From the NCBI GenBank assembly GCA_020832985.1, contig JAJHRE010000002.1, forward strand, positions 22,991 to 86,990: 64,000 bases of DNA, written 5' to 3'. The notes under the pieces are model-generated. The model was not told the DNA's origin. It did not search any database and saw only the letters and a list, made by a program, of their open reading frames with translations. This DNA comes from Desulfurococcaceae archaeon (GTDB lineage: Archaea; Thermoproteota; Thermoprotei_A; Sulfolobales; NBVN01). How positions within the stretch are numbered: the stretch's first letter is position 1; each line of letters starts with the position of its first letter. This document shows, piece by piece, positions 31,057 to 42,136 of this stretch. Position numbers and translations under genes: made by a program.

Positions 31057-31910
31057 GGGTAGCAATACCTAATAAGGGTAGGCTACAACAACCAACTCTA
31101 AACCTACTCCAATCAGCAGGTATTAAGGTTATGTCAATAGATGAGAGGGCTCTCATCCTACCGACTAATTGGGGGAATGTTGAGGTAGTCATGGCTAGAC
31201 CTGAGGATATCCCATACATAGTTGAGTGTGGTGGTGCTGACATAGGTATTACAGGTCATGACTACGTAGTTGAGAGTGGTGCGTTAGTTGATGAGTTAGT
31301 TAGACTTGATTTCGGGCAGGCTAAGCTAGTACTAGCAGTTCCTGAGAAGTTAATGGTTAACGACGTTAACGACTTACCGCAAGGTATTAGGATAGCTACT
31401 AAGTACTACAACATAACTAGAAGTTATATAGAGTCTAAGGGTTTGAAGGCTAAGATCGTGAGGATTAACGGTGCAGCTGAAGTAATGCCTTACTTAGGAG
31501 CTGCTGATGCTATAGTTGATGTTATGAGTACCGGGACTACGTTAAGACTACACGGTCTTAAGATCCTTGATGTTGTTATGGATACCTACGCTACAGTCAT
31601 AGCATCTAAGGACTGGATGCGTAGTCCAGCTTCTGAAGATATAAACCTACTGATCACTATGATTAAAGGTGTCATAGCTGCTAAGGGTAAGAAGTTAGTC
31701 CTTATGAACGTCCCTGACGATAGGTTGAGTAAGGTGTTATCAGTACTTCCTGCAATGCTAGCACCAGCAATTACTAAGTTAAGCCGTAGTGATGTTTGGG
31801 AGGTAATTACTGTTATTAGTGAGGAGTTACTACCTGAGGTTATAGCTAAGGCTAAAGCCTACGGTGCTAAAGACTTAGTCGTAGTTGATATTGAGAAGGT
31901 GGTTGAGTGA
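31053..31910 (+). CDS. hisG: ATP phosphoribosyltransferase
   Basis: HisG-like sequence with a 4-nt overlap with hisC. Confidence 0.85.
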   Translation: MRVAIPNKGRLQQPTLNLLQSAGIKVMSIDERALILPTNWGNVEVVMARPEDIPYIVECGGADIGITGHDYVVESGALVDELVRLDFGQAKLVLAVPEKLMVNDVNDLPQGIRIATKYYNITRSYIESKGLKAKIVRINGAAEVMPYLGAADAIVDVMSTGTTLRLHGLKILDVVMDTYATVIASKDWMRSPASEDINLLITMIKGVIAAKGKKLVLMNVPDDRLSKVLSVLPAMLAPAITKLSRSDVWEVITVISEELLPEVIAKAKAYGAKDLVVVDIEKVVE

Positions 31911-32602
31911 GGGTATTACCAAGTATTGACTTAAGCCTAGGTAAGGTGGTTAAGAGGGTTAGAGGTGTTAGAGGTACTGGTTTAGTTGTTGGTGAAGCTG
32001 TTAGAGTTGCTGAGGAATTTTATGAGTTAGGTTATGACTCAATACATATAGTTGATTTAGACGCTGCTGAGGGTTTAGGAAGTAATGAGGATTTAATAAA
32101 GGATGTAGTTAAGGTTGGGTTTAAATGGGTTCAGGTTGGTGGTGGTATTAGAGATATTAGTAAGGCGATTAGGTTGTTATCTTATGGAGCTACTGCAGTA
32201 GTGGTTTCAACAATGTTCTATACATCACGTAATACTTTCGAGGAGTTATTAAGAGTTGTAGGTGGTGATAAGGTATTAGTAGCTGTAGATTATGATGACT
32301 CCCTAACAGTGAGGGTGAGGGGTTGGAGAGAGGGTAGTGTAGGTATTGATGAGGCGCTTAATGCTGTAAGTAGCTACGACGTATTAGGTGTCATATTCAC
32401 ATATATTGATTCTGAAGGTACTGAAGGTAGTGTTGATAAGAGGGTTGCTAACTTTGTAGGGATGGTTAAGGGTTTGAAGGAGTATGCTGGCGGTATCTCA
32501 ACAGTAGATGATTTACTGTTCCTGAAGGGTATTGGTATTGATTACGCTATAGTTGGTATGGCTATGTATAGAGGTGCTTTACTAGGTGTTAAGTATGTCT
32601 AG
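31907..32602 (+). CDS. hisA: ProFAR isomerase
   Basis: (beta/alpha)8 HisA/HisF family, starting PSIDL; operon position. Confidence 0.8.
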   Translation: MRVLPSIDLSLGKVVKRVRGVRGTGLVVGEAVRVAEEFYELGYDSIHIVDLDAAEGLGSNEDLIKDVVKVGFKWVQVGGGIRDISKAIRLLSYGATAVVVSTMFYTSRNTFEELLRVVGGDKVLVAVDYDDSLTVRVRGWREGSVGIDEALNAVSSYDVLGVIFTYIDSEGTEGSVDKRVANFVGMVKGLKEYAGGISTVDDLLFLKGIGIDYAIVGMAMYRGALLGVKYV

Positions 32603-33176
32603 GTCATCACGTAGAGTTAGGGAGACTAAGGAAACCTTAGTTGAGGTATCCTTAGATATAGATAGTTGTTGTTCTATTGAGGTATCAACACCTATACCGT
32701 TCCTTAACCACTTACTAACGACTATGTTCTTCTATATGAGGTCTAACGCATATGTTAAAGCTGTCGATAAACTCGGTTACGACGACCATCACTTAGTTGA
32801 GGATGTAGCGATAACTTTAGGTGATGTTTTAAGGGATTCTCTAGGTGATAAAGTAGGTATTAAGAGGTTTGCATACTCTATAGTCCCTATGGATGATGCC
32901 TTAACGTTAGTAGCTGTAGATATTTCCGGGAGGGGTAACGCTTATGTTAAACTCGATGTTAGGAGGGAGTTTATAGGTGGTTTAGCTATTGAGAACATCT
33001 ACCACTTCCTAGAATCCCTAGCTAGGAAGTCCGAAATAACATTACATGTAGTTCAATTAAGTGGTTATAACTCCCACCACATACTTGAGTCAGTGTTTAA
33101 GGGTTTAGGTATGGTGTTGTATGAGGCTACTAGAGTCGTAAGTGATTCAGTGATGAGTGTTAAGGGGTCTTTATGA
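32586..33176 (+). CDS. hisB: Imidazoleglycerol-phosphate dehydratase
   Basis: RETKET start and the DDHHLVED and HHILES motifs. Confidence 0.9.
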   Translation: MLSMSRSSRRVRETKETLVEVSLDIDSCCSIEVSTPIPFLNHLLTTMFFYMRSNAYVKAVDKLGYDDHHLVEDVAITLGDVLRDSLGDKVGIKRFAYSIVPMDDALTLVAVDISGRGNAYVKLDVRREFIGGLAIENIYHFLESLARKSEITLHVVQLSGYNSHHILESVFKGLGMVLYEATRVVSDSVMSVKGSL

Positions 33177-33928
33177 CTGCTAAACGGATTATCCCATGTC
33201 TAGATGTTAAGTGGGGTAGGGTTGTAAAAGGTGTTAAATTCCTTGATCTGAAGGATAAGGGGGACCCTGTAGAACTAGCTTCTAGGTATGAGGAGGAGGG
33301 TGCTGATGAGATAGTATTCCTAGATATCACAGCAAGTGTTGAAGGTAGGAAAACCTTATTTAATGTTGTTAGGGATACAGCCAACGTATTGAGTATACCT
33401 TTAACAGTAGGTGGTGGTTTAAGGACTTTAGAAGATATCTCTCAAGCATTTTCAGCAGGTGCTGATAAAGTAAGTATTAACACTGCAGCTGTTGAGGATA
33501 AGTCGTTAATAGCTAGAGCTTCTAAGGAGTTCGGTTCTCAAAGTATTGTAGTAGCTGTAGATGCTAAGAGGGTAGGTGATAAGTATGTAGTCTTCATACG
33601 TTCAGGTATGTACAACACTGGTTTAGATGTTAGGTACTGGGTTAAGACTGTTGAGGAGTTAGGTGCTGGTGAGATATTACTAACAAGTATTGATAGGGAT
33701 GGGACTAGGTTAGGTTATGATATCGAACTAACTAAGTTAGTTACTAGCTTAGTTAAGGTACCTGTGATAGCTAGTGGAGGTGCTGGTAAGTTAGAGGATT
33801 TCTATGAGGTACTGTATTTCGGAGGTGCTGATGCTGCTTTAGCTGCAGGTGTATTCCATGACGGTGTTATTAGGATTTACGAACTTAAGAAGTACTTAAG
33901 GAGTCGAGGTATTGAGGTGAGATTATAG
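33173..33928 (+). CDS. hisF: Imidazole glycerol phosphate synthase cyclase subunit
   Basis: KRIIPCLDV start and the [10 protein letters not shown] and SGGAG motifs. Confidence 0.95.
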   Translation: MTAKRIIPCLDVKWGRVVKGVKFLDLKDKGDPVELASRYEEEGADEIVFLDITASVEGRKTLFNVVRDTANVLSIPLTVGGGLRTLEDISQAFSAGADKVSINTAAVEDKSLIARASKEFGSQSIVVAVDAKRVGDKYVVFIRSGMYNTGLDVRYWVKTVEELGAGEILLTSIDRDGTRLGYDIELTKLVTSLVKVPVIASGGAGKLEDFYEVLYFGGADAALAAGVFHDGVIRIYELKKYLRSRGIEVRL

Positions 33929-33939
33929 TAGTTTGTAAG

Positions 33940-35130
33940 TTGTTGGATGAATTACTTAGGTTTAGAACTCAAAGTATGAGTAACTACTTAGATTACGTCA
34001 AGGGTATTATAGAGTATGTTAGGTCTTATGGTGATAGGGGGTTAATAGAACTTACAGCTAAATTCGACGGTGTATCACTAAAAGATGTTGTAGTTAGTTA
34101 TGACGAACTTAAAAGTATTGCTGACTTACTACCTGAGGATGTTAGAAACTCTATAGACCTGATATACAATCACTTAACCAGCTTTAACGAGTACTTCAAG
34201 CCTAGGGATGACTTCGTAGTTTATAAAGGTTTAAGACTAGGTATTATGTGGAGGCCTTTAGGTAGTGTAGGTATTTACGTACCTAGAGGTTTTAAGACAT
34301 ACCCATCAACATTACTTATGGCAGGTGTACCTGCTAAGGTAGCTGGTGTTAGTAGGATTTACGTAGCTTCACCTCCTAAGAAGGACTATATCGTTGACCC
34401 AGCTATAGCTTACTTAGCGATTAAGTTAGGAGTTTATAAGGTGTACTGTGTAGGCGGTCCTCAAATAATTGCTGCTATGGCTTACGGTACCGAAAGTGTT
34501 GATAGGGTTGATAAGGTCGTAGGTCCTGGGAACGTATACGTACAGGTAGCTAAGTACTTACTTCAGGGGGTAGTAGCTGTAGATGGTGTTGAAGGACCTA
34601 CAGAACTAGTAGTACTTGCTGATGATTCTGCAGACCCTGATGAGGTGGTCCTCGATATGAGGGCTCAGGCAGAGCATGGTAGGTCCTCAACTATAGTCTT
34701 GATATCAAGCTCTGATAAGTTAGTAGGTATTGTTGAGGATAGGTTGAGTTCTGATGAGCATACCTACTTCATAATTAAGGTTAAGGATGTTGAGGAGGGT
34801 ATGAAGCTAGTTAATGAGCTAGCCCCGGAACACCTCTCACTACATACATCAAGTAATTACGAATTATTAAGTATGGTTTCAAACGTTGGTGCTGTATCTT
34901 TGAAGACACCATCAGCTATCATAGATTACTTAGGCCCTAACCACATACTACCTACTAACGGCCTAGCTAGGTTTAGAGGTGCTTTAACAGTCTACGACTT
35001 CATGAAGGCTGTAGTAGTAGCTGATGGTAGGCCTGAGAAAGAGTTATTAGATGCTGCTACCTCATTAGCTAGGTACGAAGGTTTTAAACTACATAGTGAT
35101 AGTATGGGGGTCTTCTATGGACGTACTTAA
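33940..35130 (+). CDS. hisD: Histidinol dehydrogenase
   Basis: GPGNVYV and QAEH motifs, and size. Confidence 0.9.
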   Translation: MLDELLRFRTQSMSNYLDYVKGIIEYVRSYGDRGLIELTAKFDGVSLKDVVVSYDELKSIADLLPEDVRNSIDLIYNHLTSFNEYFKPRDDFVVYKGLRLGIMWRPLGSVGIYVPRGFKTYPSTLLMAGVPAKVAGVSRIYVASPPKKDYIVDPAIAYLAIKLGVYKVYCVGGPQIIAAMAYGTESVDRVDKVVGPGNVYVQVAKYLLQGVVAVDGVEGPTELVVLADDSADPDEVVLDMRAQAEHGRSSTIVLISSSDKLVGIVEDRLSSDEHTYFIIKVKDVEEGMKLVNELAPEHLSLHTSSNYELLSMVSNVGAVSLKTPSAIIDYLGPNHILPTNGLARFRGALTVYDFMKAVVVADGRPEKELLDAATSLARYEGFKLHSDSMGVFYGRT

Positions 35131-35395
35131 GGAACTCTATAACGTAGTAGTTGATAGGATTAGTAAGAAGCCTCAGGGTAGTTATACAGCTTACTTAGCA
35201 AGTATGGGTAAGGCGTACGTAGCTAGGAAGGTAGGTGAGGAGTCTTTAGAAGTTATTATAGCGTCACTGACTGAGTCTAAGGATAGATTAGTAAGTGAGG
35301 CTGTAGACCTCTTATACCACTTAATAGTCCTCTTAGTAGTTAATAATGTGAGTATTGATGAGGTTTATGAAGAGATCTTGAGGAGGAGGAAATGA
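35096..35395 (+). CDS. hisE: Phosphoribosyl-ATP pyrophosphatase (probable true start at the internal ATG near 35117)
   Basis: SYTAYL...EE..D.LYH pattern; operon position. Confidence 0.85.
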   Translation: MIVWGSSMDVLKELYNVVVDRISKKPQGSYTAYLASMGKAYVARKVGEESLEVIIASLTESKDRLVSEAVDLLYHLIVLLVVNNVSIDEVYEEILRRRK

Positions 35396-35994
35396 AAGCC
35401 TTAGTAGTAAATTACAGTGTAGGCAATATATTTAGTATCTCATCAGCTTTGAAGAGAGTTGGTTTTGACGTAAGTGTTGATGATGTTAATGATTTAGTAG
35501 GACGTGATTACGACTTAATAGTATTTCCTGGAGTAGGTTCTTTCTCGACAGTTGCTAGGTACGTTAACTCTAATACTGAAATACTTAATGAGTTGAGGGG
35601 TAGGGGAACCTACTTCCTAGGTATATGTATTGGGATGCATATAATGTTTGAGTACGGTCTTGAAGGAGGTTTTAACAGAGGGTTAGGGTGGTTTAGAGGT
35701 TATGTGGACTTAATTAGAGCTAATGTTAAGCTACCACATATAGGTTGGGATGTAGTATATGTAGATTATGTTGATGAGGTTAATGAGGTAATAGCTAATC
35801 AATACGTCTACTTCATACATAGCTACGTAGCATATACTGTTGATGAATCCTACAACACTTACAGTTACTACGGTATTAAATTTCCAGCCCTAATCACTAA
35901 GGGAAACGTAGTAGCTACTCAATTCCATCCTGAGAAGAGCGGTAAGGTAGGTATTAAGTTCTTAGAGAATCTTAAGAGGTGGTTAAGACGTTAG
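35392..35994 (+). CDS. hisH: Imidazole glycerol phosphate synthase glutaminase subunit
   Basis: Class-I glutamine amidotransferase with GICIGMH and QFHPEKS. Confidence 0.9.
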   Translation: MKALVVNYSVGNIFSISSALKRVGFDVSVDDVNDLVGRDYDLIVFPGVGSFSTVARYVNSNTEILNELRGRGTYFLGICIGMHIMFEYGLEGGFNRGLGWFRGYVDLIRANVKLPHIGWDVVYVDYVDEVNEVIANQYVYFIHSYVAYTVDESYNTYSYYGIKFPALITKGNVVATQFHPEKSGKVGIKFLENLKRWLRR

Positions 35995-36347
35995 TGATGA
36001 GTAAGGAGGTAGCTGAATCTATAGCTGGTAAACTTAATTACAGATTTGAAGGTAGTACAGTAATAGCTGTTGTACAGGACTACGAATCTAATGAGGTGTT
36101 AATGGTTGGGCGTATGAATAAGGAAGCACTGATAAAGACCTTAACCACCGGTTACCTACACCTCTGGTCACTTAGTAGAGGTAAGTTATGGTTGAAGGGT
36201 GAGTCAAGCGGTAATTACCAATTAGTAATGGATGTCTTAATAGACTGTGATTCAGATTCAGTCTTAATTAAGGTTAAGTCGTTAGGCCCTATATGCCATA
36301 CAGGTAATAAGACATGCTTCTTTAGGAAGATACATAACTTAACATAG
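35979..36347 (+). CDS. hisI: Phosphoribosyl-AMP cyclohydrolase
   Basis: WSLSRGKLWLKGESSGN and DCD.D..L..V motifs. Confidence 0.9.
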   Translation: MVKTLVMSKEVAESIAGKLNYRFEGSTVIAVVQDYESNEVLMVGRMNKEALIKTLTTGYLHLWSLSRGKLWLKGESSGNYQLVMDVLIDCDSDSVLIKVKSLGPICHTGNKTCFFRKIHNLT

Positions 36348-36385
36348 CCTTATTAAGTTGAAGTTAAGTTTACTTAGGTGTTGAT

Positions 36386-36925
36386 GTGGGGGTTAGTAAG
36401 CCTTATATAATCATCGATGACTTTAACTATAGATTCTGTGTTCATGCACTATCTTTAGGTGATGACTTACTAACTAAGGTATCTACAGCTGAGGGACATG
36501 TATTAAATGTTGATGAACCTAAAACTGTTGGTTGGTTAGGTAGAGCTCCAAACCCTGTAGAGATGTTCCTTACAGCATTAGCTACTTGCTTCATAATAAC
36601 ACTTAAGCTACATGCTAAGAGGTTAGGCTTAGTTATAGATTATGTAGAGGTATCTAGTGAAGGTTCATTCGATATTAGAGGGTTTATAATGCCTGAGAAG
36701 TTTACATCAGGTTTTAAATCACTATCACTGAAAGCTAATATAAATACTAGAGTTAACTGTGAGAAACTCCTTAAACTACTGAATAAGGTATTCAATGGTT
36801 GGATTGTCGGGAGTACAGTCTCGAGAGCTATCCCGATAAGTATTGATATTAGGGCTAAGTGTTTAGATGTTGATGGTAATCCTAAGGAGTTAACTATTAA
36901 TGAAGTTATTAGTAAGTCTCGTTAG
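36386..36925 (+). CDS. OsmC/Ohr-family protein
   Basis: PNPVEMFLTALATCF segment is typical of the OsmC fold. Confidence 0.6.
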   Translation: MGVSKPYIIIDDFNYRFCVHALSLGDDLLTKVSTAEGHVLNVDEPKTVGWLGRAPNPVEMFLTALATCFIITLKLHAKRLGLVIDYVEVSSEGSFDIRGFIMPEKFTSGFKSLSLKANINTRVNCEKLLKLLNKVFNGWIVGSTVSRAIPISIDIRAKCLDVDGNPKELTINEVISKSR

Positions 36926-37749
36926 AATGTATTTAAGATCATCTTAAGTAGTTTTACGATGTTATCACATCTCCTGAGGGAGTCACTACAGGCTACCTCA
37001 AGTACTGTAGTACCGTTGTAGTTAAGTTCCTTAAGGGTTGAGATGAAGATATCCCAATCTATAACCCCTGTATATGGTGGTAGGTGTAGGTCTTTAGAAC
37101 CATCATTATCATGTATATGTATTAATGCTACGTTAGGATGTAGTCGTTTGTAGAATTCATGTGGTTGGAAGTTATTTATTATGGAATGACCAGTATCTAA
37201 ACAATACTTTAAGTAATCATCATTTATAGTGTCTACAATATCTATTAAGTCTTTAGGTAAGTATCCGTAAACACCCCTCTCATACCTATTCTCAACAGCT
37301 ATGACTATACCGTAATCACGACCGAGTTCAGTTAATTTCTTAAAGAACCCTTGATTAACCTCCTTAACCCTCTGAGCATATGTGATGGAACTCTCCTCAA
37401 TACCTGCGTAGTTAAATGGTATGTGAGAAGCTACTACCTTAACACCTATCTCTGAGAAGAAATTTAACCACTTACTTAACTCATTAATAACCTTAGGTTG
37501 TTCTGAAGGATTCACTGCCCTATTAATTAAATCACCATAGGGTAGATGTGCCGCAACCACCTTAGACTTCAGAGATCGATACACATCCATAACACCCCTA
37601 ATCAACGTATAATAATCAACTCCTAACTTCCTAAAAAACTGGAAATTATCATAACTTAACTCTACATACTCAACACCCATCTCATTAAGTCTAGTAAGAG
37701 CCTCTGAAGGTTTTAACATCATATACACCATAGTTGAGACTGTAATCAC
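36922..37749 (-). CDS. Xylose-isomerase-like TIM-barrel protein (sugar phosphate isomerase/epimerase family)
   Basis: Family-typical pattern (VELSY..., HIHDN). Confidence 0.6.
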   Translation of the reverse strand: MITVSTMVYMMLKPSEALTRLNEMGVEYVELSYDNFQFFRKLGVDYYTLIRGVMDVYRSLKSKVVAAHLPYGDLINRAVNPSEQPKVINELSKWLNFFSEIGVKVVASHIPFNYAGIEESSITYAQRVKEVNQGFFKKLTELGRDYGIVIAVENRYERGVYGYLPKDLIDIVDTINDDYLKYCLDTGHSIINNFQPHEFYKRLHPNVALIHIHDNDGSKDLHLPPYTGVIDWDIFISTLKELNYNGTTVLEVACSDSLRRCDNIVKLLKMILNTF

Positions 37750-37993
37750 TTCAACCCCCTAAGACCTACTACGCCTAAACTTAAATAAACATTAGGTATA
37801 TCCATTAAATTAGTACATATGTAACGTCTTCATAAACTAGGATTACTGTTCATTAAGGGGTCAGACATTCGTTAAGACTTATAACGTTTGGTGTTACTAC
37901 TTACTTCATAGACCATGATTTAATCTGCTGGGAAAAATTGACATATGCTTTTATAAGTTTTTAGTATTTAGAGTACTCGTATGGAGTGATAAA

Positions 37994-39151
37994 TTGCCTG
38001 ATGGACTTAGGATATTAGTGATACATCCACATATCCAACTCTTCGGGGGTAGTGAAGTACTAACTAGGATATTAGTTAGTGAGTTAAGTGATTTAGGTCA
38101 TGAGGTTATAGTCTTAAGTAGTGGTGTTGCTGAGGATGTAGTTAAGCTTAAGAATATTAAGTTTGAGGTTATAAGGGATGTATTTAGTAAGGTTCCTACA
38201 GACTTCATACTTTCTATGAGGACTGAGAGGATTATTAATATAGTCTACACAGTTGATGAGGTCCTCAATAGGTATAAACCAGATGTATGTCTAGTCATGA
38301 TTCAAGAACCTATATACGTCATAGCTACTAAGTTAGCAGATCCTAAGATGGGTACAGCGTTATACATACACTACCCATTTGAGGAGGAATTAACTAGTAA
38401 TAACGTCTACGTATTCTTAACCCTATATAGATTCCCACATACATATGAAAATCTCTATAAGTTAGCAGATCTCCATATGACTAACTCAAACTATACGGCT
38501 TCAGCTTTATATAGGTCATTCGGTATTGAGAGTAACGTTGTATACCCAGCAATTAGTTGGGAGTACTTCAGGAATCAATTCGACCTCTCAGAGGATAGAA
38601 AGGATATAATATTAACTGTTGGTAGGTTCGTACCTCAGAAGAGACAGGACGTACTGCTTGACTGGTTTAAGAGGTTTATAAAACCTGAGGTACCTGATGC
38701 TGAGTTAGTGATTATTGGGATGCCTGATATGAGGTTCTTAAACTACTACGACAGACTTAAGAAGTTATCTTCGGAGGTTGAGGGGGTAACATTTATTGAT
38801 AAGGTATTAACACCTGATGAGATGATGAAATACTATAGGATGGCTAAAGTATACATACATCTAAGGTTAGGGGAACACTTCGGTATGGCTCCAGTAGAAG
38901 CTATGAGTCAAGGAGCAATACCTATACTCCCTGAACAATCAGGACTTGCTGAATTAGTAACTAATGGTAGGGACGGATATATAGCACGTAACGATGAAGA
39001 ATTCATAAAATACCTAATAAAGCTGATGAAAACCCCTAATCAGGAATTAATAAATATGAGGAACTTCGCATATAGAAGAGCTTGGTACTTCAACCCAGAT
39101 AGGCTCGCTAAGGAAGTACTACATTACCTAAAAATAATATCTAAGAAGTAA
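37994..39151 (+). CDS. GT4-family glycosyltransferase
   Basis: GT-B fold with a C-terminal E..G....EAM motif (EHFGMAPVEAMSQG). Confidence 0.75.
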   Translation: MPDGLRILVIHPHIQLFGGSEVLTRILVSELSDLGHEVIVLSSGVAEDVVKLKNIKFEVIRDVFSKVPTDFILSMRTERIINIVYTVDEVLNRYKPDVCLVMIQEPIYVIATKLADPKMGTALYIHYPFEEELTSNNVYVFLTLYRFPHTYENLYKLADLHMTNSNYTASALYRSFGIESNVVYPAISWEYFRNQFDLSEDRKDIILTVGRFVPQKRQDVLLDWFKRFIKPEVPDAELVIIGMPDMRFLNYYDRLKKLSSEVEGVTFIDKVLTPDEMMKYYRMAKVYIHLRLGEHFGMAPVEAMSQGAIPILPEQSGLAELVTNGRDGYIARNDEEFIKYLIKLMKTPNQELINMRNFAYRRAWYFNPDRLAKEVLHYLKIISKK

Positions 39152-39449
39152 TGAATACACTACCTATAGGCAATCAAATAAGGTAATAGGTCATCCACTA
39201 GGTGTTGATGTTTAAGTAATCCCGCCTAATCAGACCCTCAACATGAGAACATTCCTTATATTTAGAGTGAAATAGTATCCTTAAGCTTACAATCATCAAC
39301 TTCCTATTAATGTTTTAACGGGTGCTCCATAAAGAAGTTGCTTTAATAGATATCTACCTATTAAAATTCCGTAGCTGTATTAAGTAGATTAAAATTAAAA
39401 ATGGTTAAAAATTTAAGTCTTAATTACGTAATTTAATTTCGGTATTATT

Positions 39450-41333
39450 ATGTTTAAAGGTTATGCTGGTCGAATACTTAAGATCGATCTACCATCTAAG
39501 AATGTTGTGAAGGAAGTTCTTACGGAGGGTTTAATAAGGAATTACTTAGGTGGTTTAGGTCTTGCAGCTAAGTTGTACTATGACCTAGTACCACCACGTG
39601 TAGACCCCTACGATCCTTCTAACGTGGTCATATTTGCTATAGGACCTGTTCAAGGTACACTCATACCTGGTTCTGGTAGGGGTTTATTCGTATCGAAATC
39701 ACCACTAACTAATAGGTTCTTCAGCTCTAATTTCGGGGGCTTTATAAGTAGTGAGCTGAAGAGAGCTGGTTATGATGTGGTAGTTATATCTGGGAGGTCT
39801 GAGAAGCCTGTCTACATAGTTATTGATGACGGTAGTGTTGAGATTAGAGACGCTTCCCATCTATGGGGTATGACTACTTACGAAACTCACAGGATTATTA
39901 CTGAGGAGTTAGGTGATCCTAGATTCCAAGTAGTTTGCGTAGGTCCTGCTGCTGAGAACTTAGTTAGGTTCTCAGCTATAATACATCCAACACCTCCCGA
40001 ATGTCATGCGGCTGGTCGTGGTGGTATTGCATCTGTAATGGCTTCAAAGAATCTTAAAGCGATAGCTGTACGTGGGAGTAAGGAGGTTGAAGTCGCTGAT
40101 AGAGATGGTGTAATCTCATTCTTTAAGGAGATAGCTGAGAAATGTAGGAAACACCCATTCCTACCGACTTACGGGACTCTCGATGTTTTAGGGACTGTTA
40201 ATAAGTTAGGAGGTCTTGGAACTAGGAATTGGCAGACTGAAGTGTTTGAAGGTGCTGATAAGATCCGTGGTGAGACTGTAATACCTAAGTATAAGATTGC
40301 TGATAAGGCATGTGCTTCATGTCCTATGGGTTGTGTTAAAGTAACTAAAGTTACTGAGGGTAAGTGGGCTGAGACTGTAGTTAAGGGTCCTGAATACGAA
40401 ACACTATATGCGTTAGGGAGTATGACTGGTGTTGATGATTTTGGAGCTATTGCTAGAGCTTCTAGATTATGTGATGAGTACGGATTAGATACTATATCCA
40501 CAGGTGTTGTTATTGCCTTCGCTATGGAGGCTTTTGAGAGAGGTATAATAAGTAAGGAGGAAACTGAAGGTTTAGAACTTAGGTTTGGTGATAGTGATGC
40601 ATTAGTTGAGATGGTTGAGAGGATTGCTTTTAGGAAGGGTTGGTTAGGTAACTTACTTGCTGAAGGTGTTGCCAGAGCTTCTCAAGTGATTGGATGTGGT
40701 TCTCAATACTTTGCAATGCACTTCAAAGGTCTTGAACTAGCTGGACACTCACCAAGAGCTGTTAAGGCATGGACCCTAGGATACTCAGTAGGTTGGAGAG
40801 GTGGTTCACACCATGATGCAAGACCACACGATATAGAGTATGCTAACCCAGTTGAGGTTAGAGCCTTCAGTACTGAAGGTAAGGCTGAGATAATATATGA
40901 TACCGTCTTAAGAGTCATGATTGAAGAAAGCCTAGTAACTTGTAGATTCTTCGGAGGATACTACGGTGTGAGAACACCTAGTGAAACACATGCTAAGATC
41001 CTTAAGATGGTTACAGGTATAGAGTGGAGTGTTGAAGAACTTGTTAAGACAGCTAAGAGGATTAGGACATTAATTAGGTGTTTAGAGGTTAGGGATGGTT
41101 TTGACGCTAGGACAGACTTAAACGCACCTCCGCTAAGGATACTTTACGAACCGATACCTGAAGGACCTTCAAAAGGTGCTTATACAAGTCCTAAGGAGTT
41201 TAAGTTTATGATTAAGAAATTCTATGACTTAATTGGTTGGGATTTGAGGACAGGTGTTCCTAAGCTAGAGATCCTGGAGGAGTTAGGTCTTAACTTCGTG
41301 ATTGAAGATTTTAAGAAATTAAAATTACTTTAA
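39450..41333 (+). CDS. aor: Aldehyde:ferredoxin oxidoreductase family (tungstopterin enzyme)
   Basis: N-terminus GYAGRILKIDL and the FeS-ligand region DKACASCPMGC; length 627 aa. Confidence 0.9.
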   Translation: MFKGYAGRILKIDLPSKNVVKEVLTEGLIRNYLGGLGLAAKLYYDLVPPRVDPYDPSNVVIFAIGPVQGTLIPGSGRGLFVSKSPLTNRFFSSNFGGFISSELKRAGYDVVVISGRSEKPVYIVIDDGSVEIRDASHLWGMTTYETHRIITEELGDPRFQVVCVGPAAENLVRFSAIIHPTPPECHAAGRGGIASVMASKNLKAIAVRGSKEVEVADRDGVISFFKEIAEKCRKHPFLPTYGTLDVLGTVNKLGGLGTRNWQTEVFEGADKIRGETVIPKYKIADKACASCPMGCVKVTKVTEGKWAETVVKGPEYETLYALGSMTGVDDFGAIARASRLCDEYGLDTISTGVVIAFAMEAFERGIISKEETEGLELRFGDSDALVEMVERIAFRKGWLGNLLAEGVARASQVIGCGSQYFAMHFKGLELAGHSPRAVKAWTLGYSVGWRGGSHHDARPHDIEYANPVEVRAFSTEGKAEIIYDTVLRVMIEESLVTCRFFGGYYGVRTPSETHAKILKMVTGIEWSVEELVKTAKRIRTLIRCLEVRDGFDARTDLNAPPLRILYEPIPEGPSKGAYTSPKEFKFMIKKFYDLIGWDLRTGVPKLEILEELGLNFVIEDFKKLKLL

Positions 41334-41406
41334 CGATCTAAAATTACTTTCTTCTTTTTATATTGATAATTTATTAAGTCTAAGTTGAATATTTCTTGGT
41401 GGTGTT

Positions 41407-42132
41407 ATGGTCTTCATAGATCAGAGTAGATGTATTGGTTGTGGTATATGTATTCCTTTCTGTCCTAGAGGTGCTATTAAGTTAAGTCCTGAGACTAAGA
41501 AGGCATATATAGTTGTTCCTGAATGTGTTGAGTGTGGTACGTGTGTTAGGGTTGTACAGTGTCCTAGGGATGCTATTGTAGGTGTTGTTGAGGGTTATGC
41601 TAGGGAGGTTAGAGGTCATTTCAGTGATCCAATAACTCCACACCCAAGTACTGGTATTCCTGGTAGGGGTACTGAGGAGATGAAGACTAATGATGTTACA
41701 GGTAGGTTTAAGAGGGGTGAAGTCGGTTTCGCGATAGATATTGGTAGACCTTTAGTAGGTGTTACCTTCGCTGAGGTTGGTAGATTCATTAAGGTGCTTA
41801 ACGAGGTTGGTGTTGTGTGGGAGAAGGCTAACCCAATACTATACCTACTTAAGGATTTAAAGGAGGGTAAGTTCCCTGACGAGTTAATGAATGAGAAGAT
41901 ACATTCAGCAGTTCTAGAGTTTAAAGTACCTATAAGTAAGGTTAAGGATGTCATCGAGAAACTTAAATACCTAGCTGAGACTACTGATACGGTATTCAGT
42001 GTTGGTGTGATATCTAGGGTTGAGCCAGACTTCACAATACCTGTAGTTAATATCTTGAAGGAATTAGGTCTTGAGGTAAGTCCTTGGGCTAAGACAAACG
42101 TAGGTTTAGGTAGGCCGTTAGTGGAGGGATGA
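41407..42132 (+). CDS. 4Fe-4S dicluster domain protein with an uncharacterised C-terminal domain
   Basis: CIGCGICIPFCP and CVECGTCVRVVQCP motifs. Confidence 0.7.
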   Translation: MVFIDQSRCIGCGICIPFCPRGAIKLSPETKKAYIVVPECVECGTCVRVVQCPRDAIVGVVEGYAREVRGHFSDPITPHPSTGIPGRGTEEMKTNDVTGRFKRGEVGFAIDIGRPLVGVTFAEVGRFIKVLNEVGVVWEKANPILYLLKDLKEGKFPDELMNEKIHSAVLEFKVPISKVKDVIEKLKYLAETTDTVFSVGVISRVEPDFTIPVVNILKELGLEVSPWAKTNVGLGRPLVEG

Positions 42133-42136
42133 GGTC

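Noticed and set aside
31022-33384. Minus-strand ORFs 31022-31243 and 33160-33384 inside the his operon.
   Set aside because: They are antisense to hisC/hisG and hisB/hisF.
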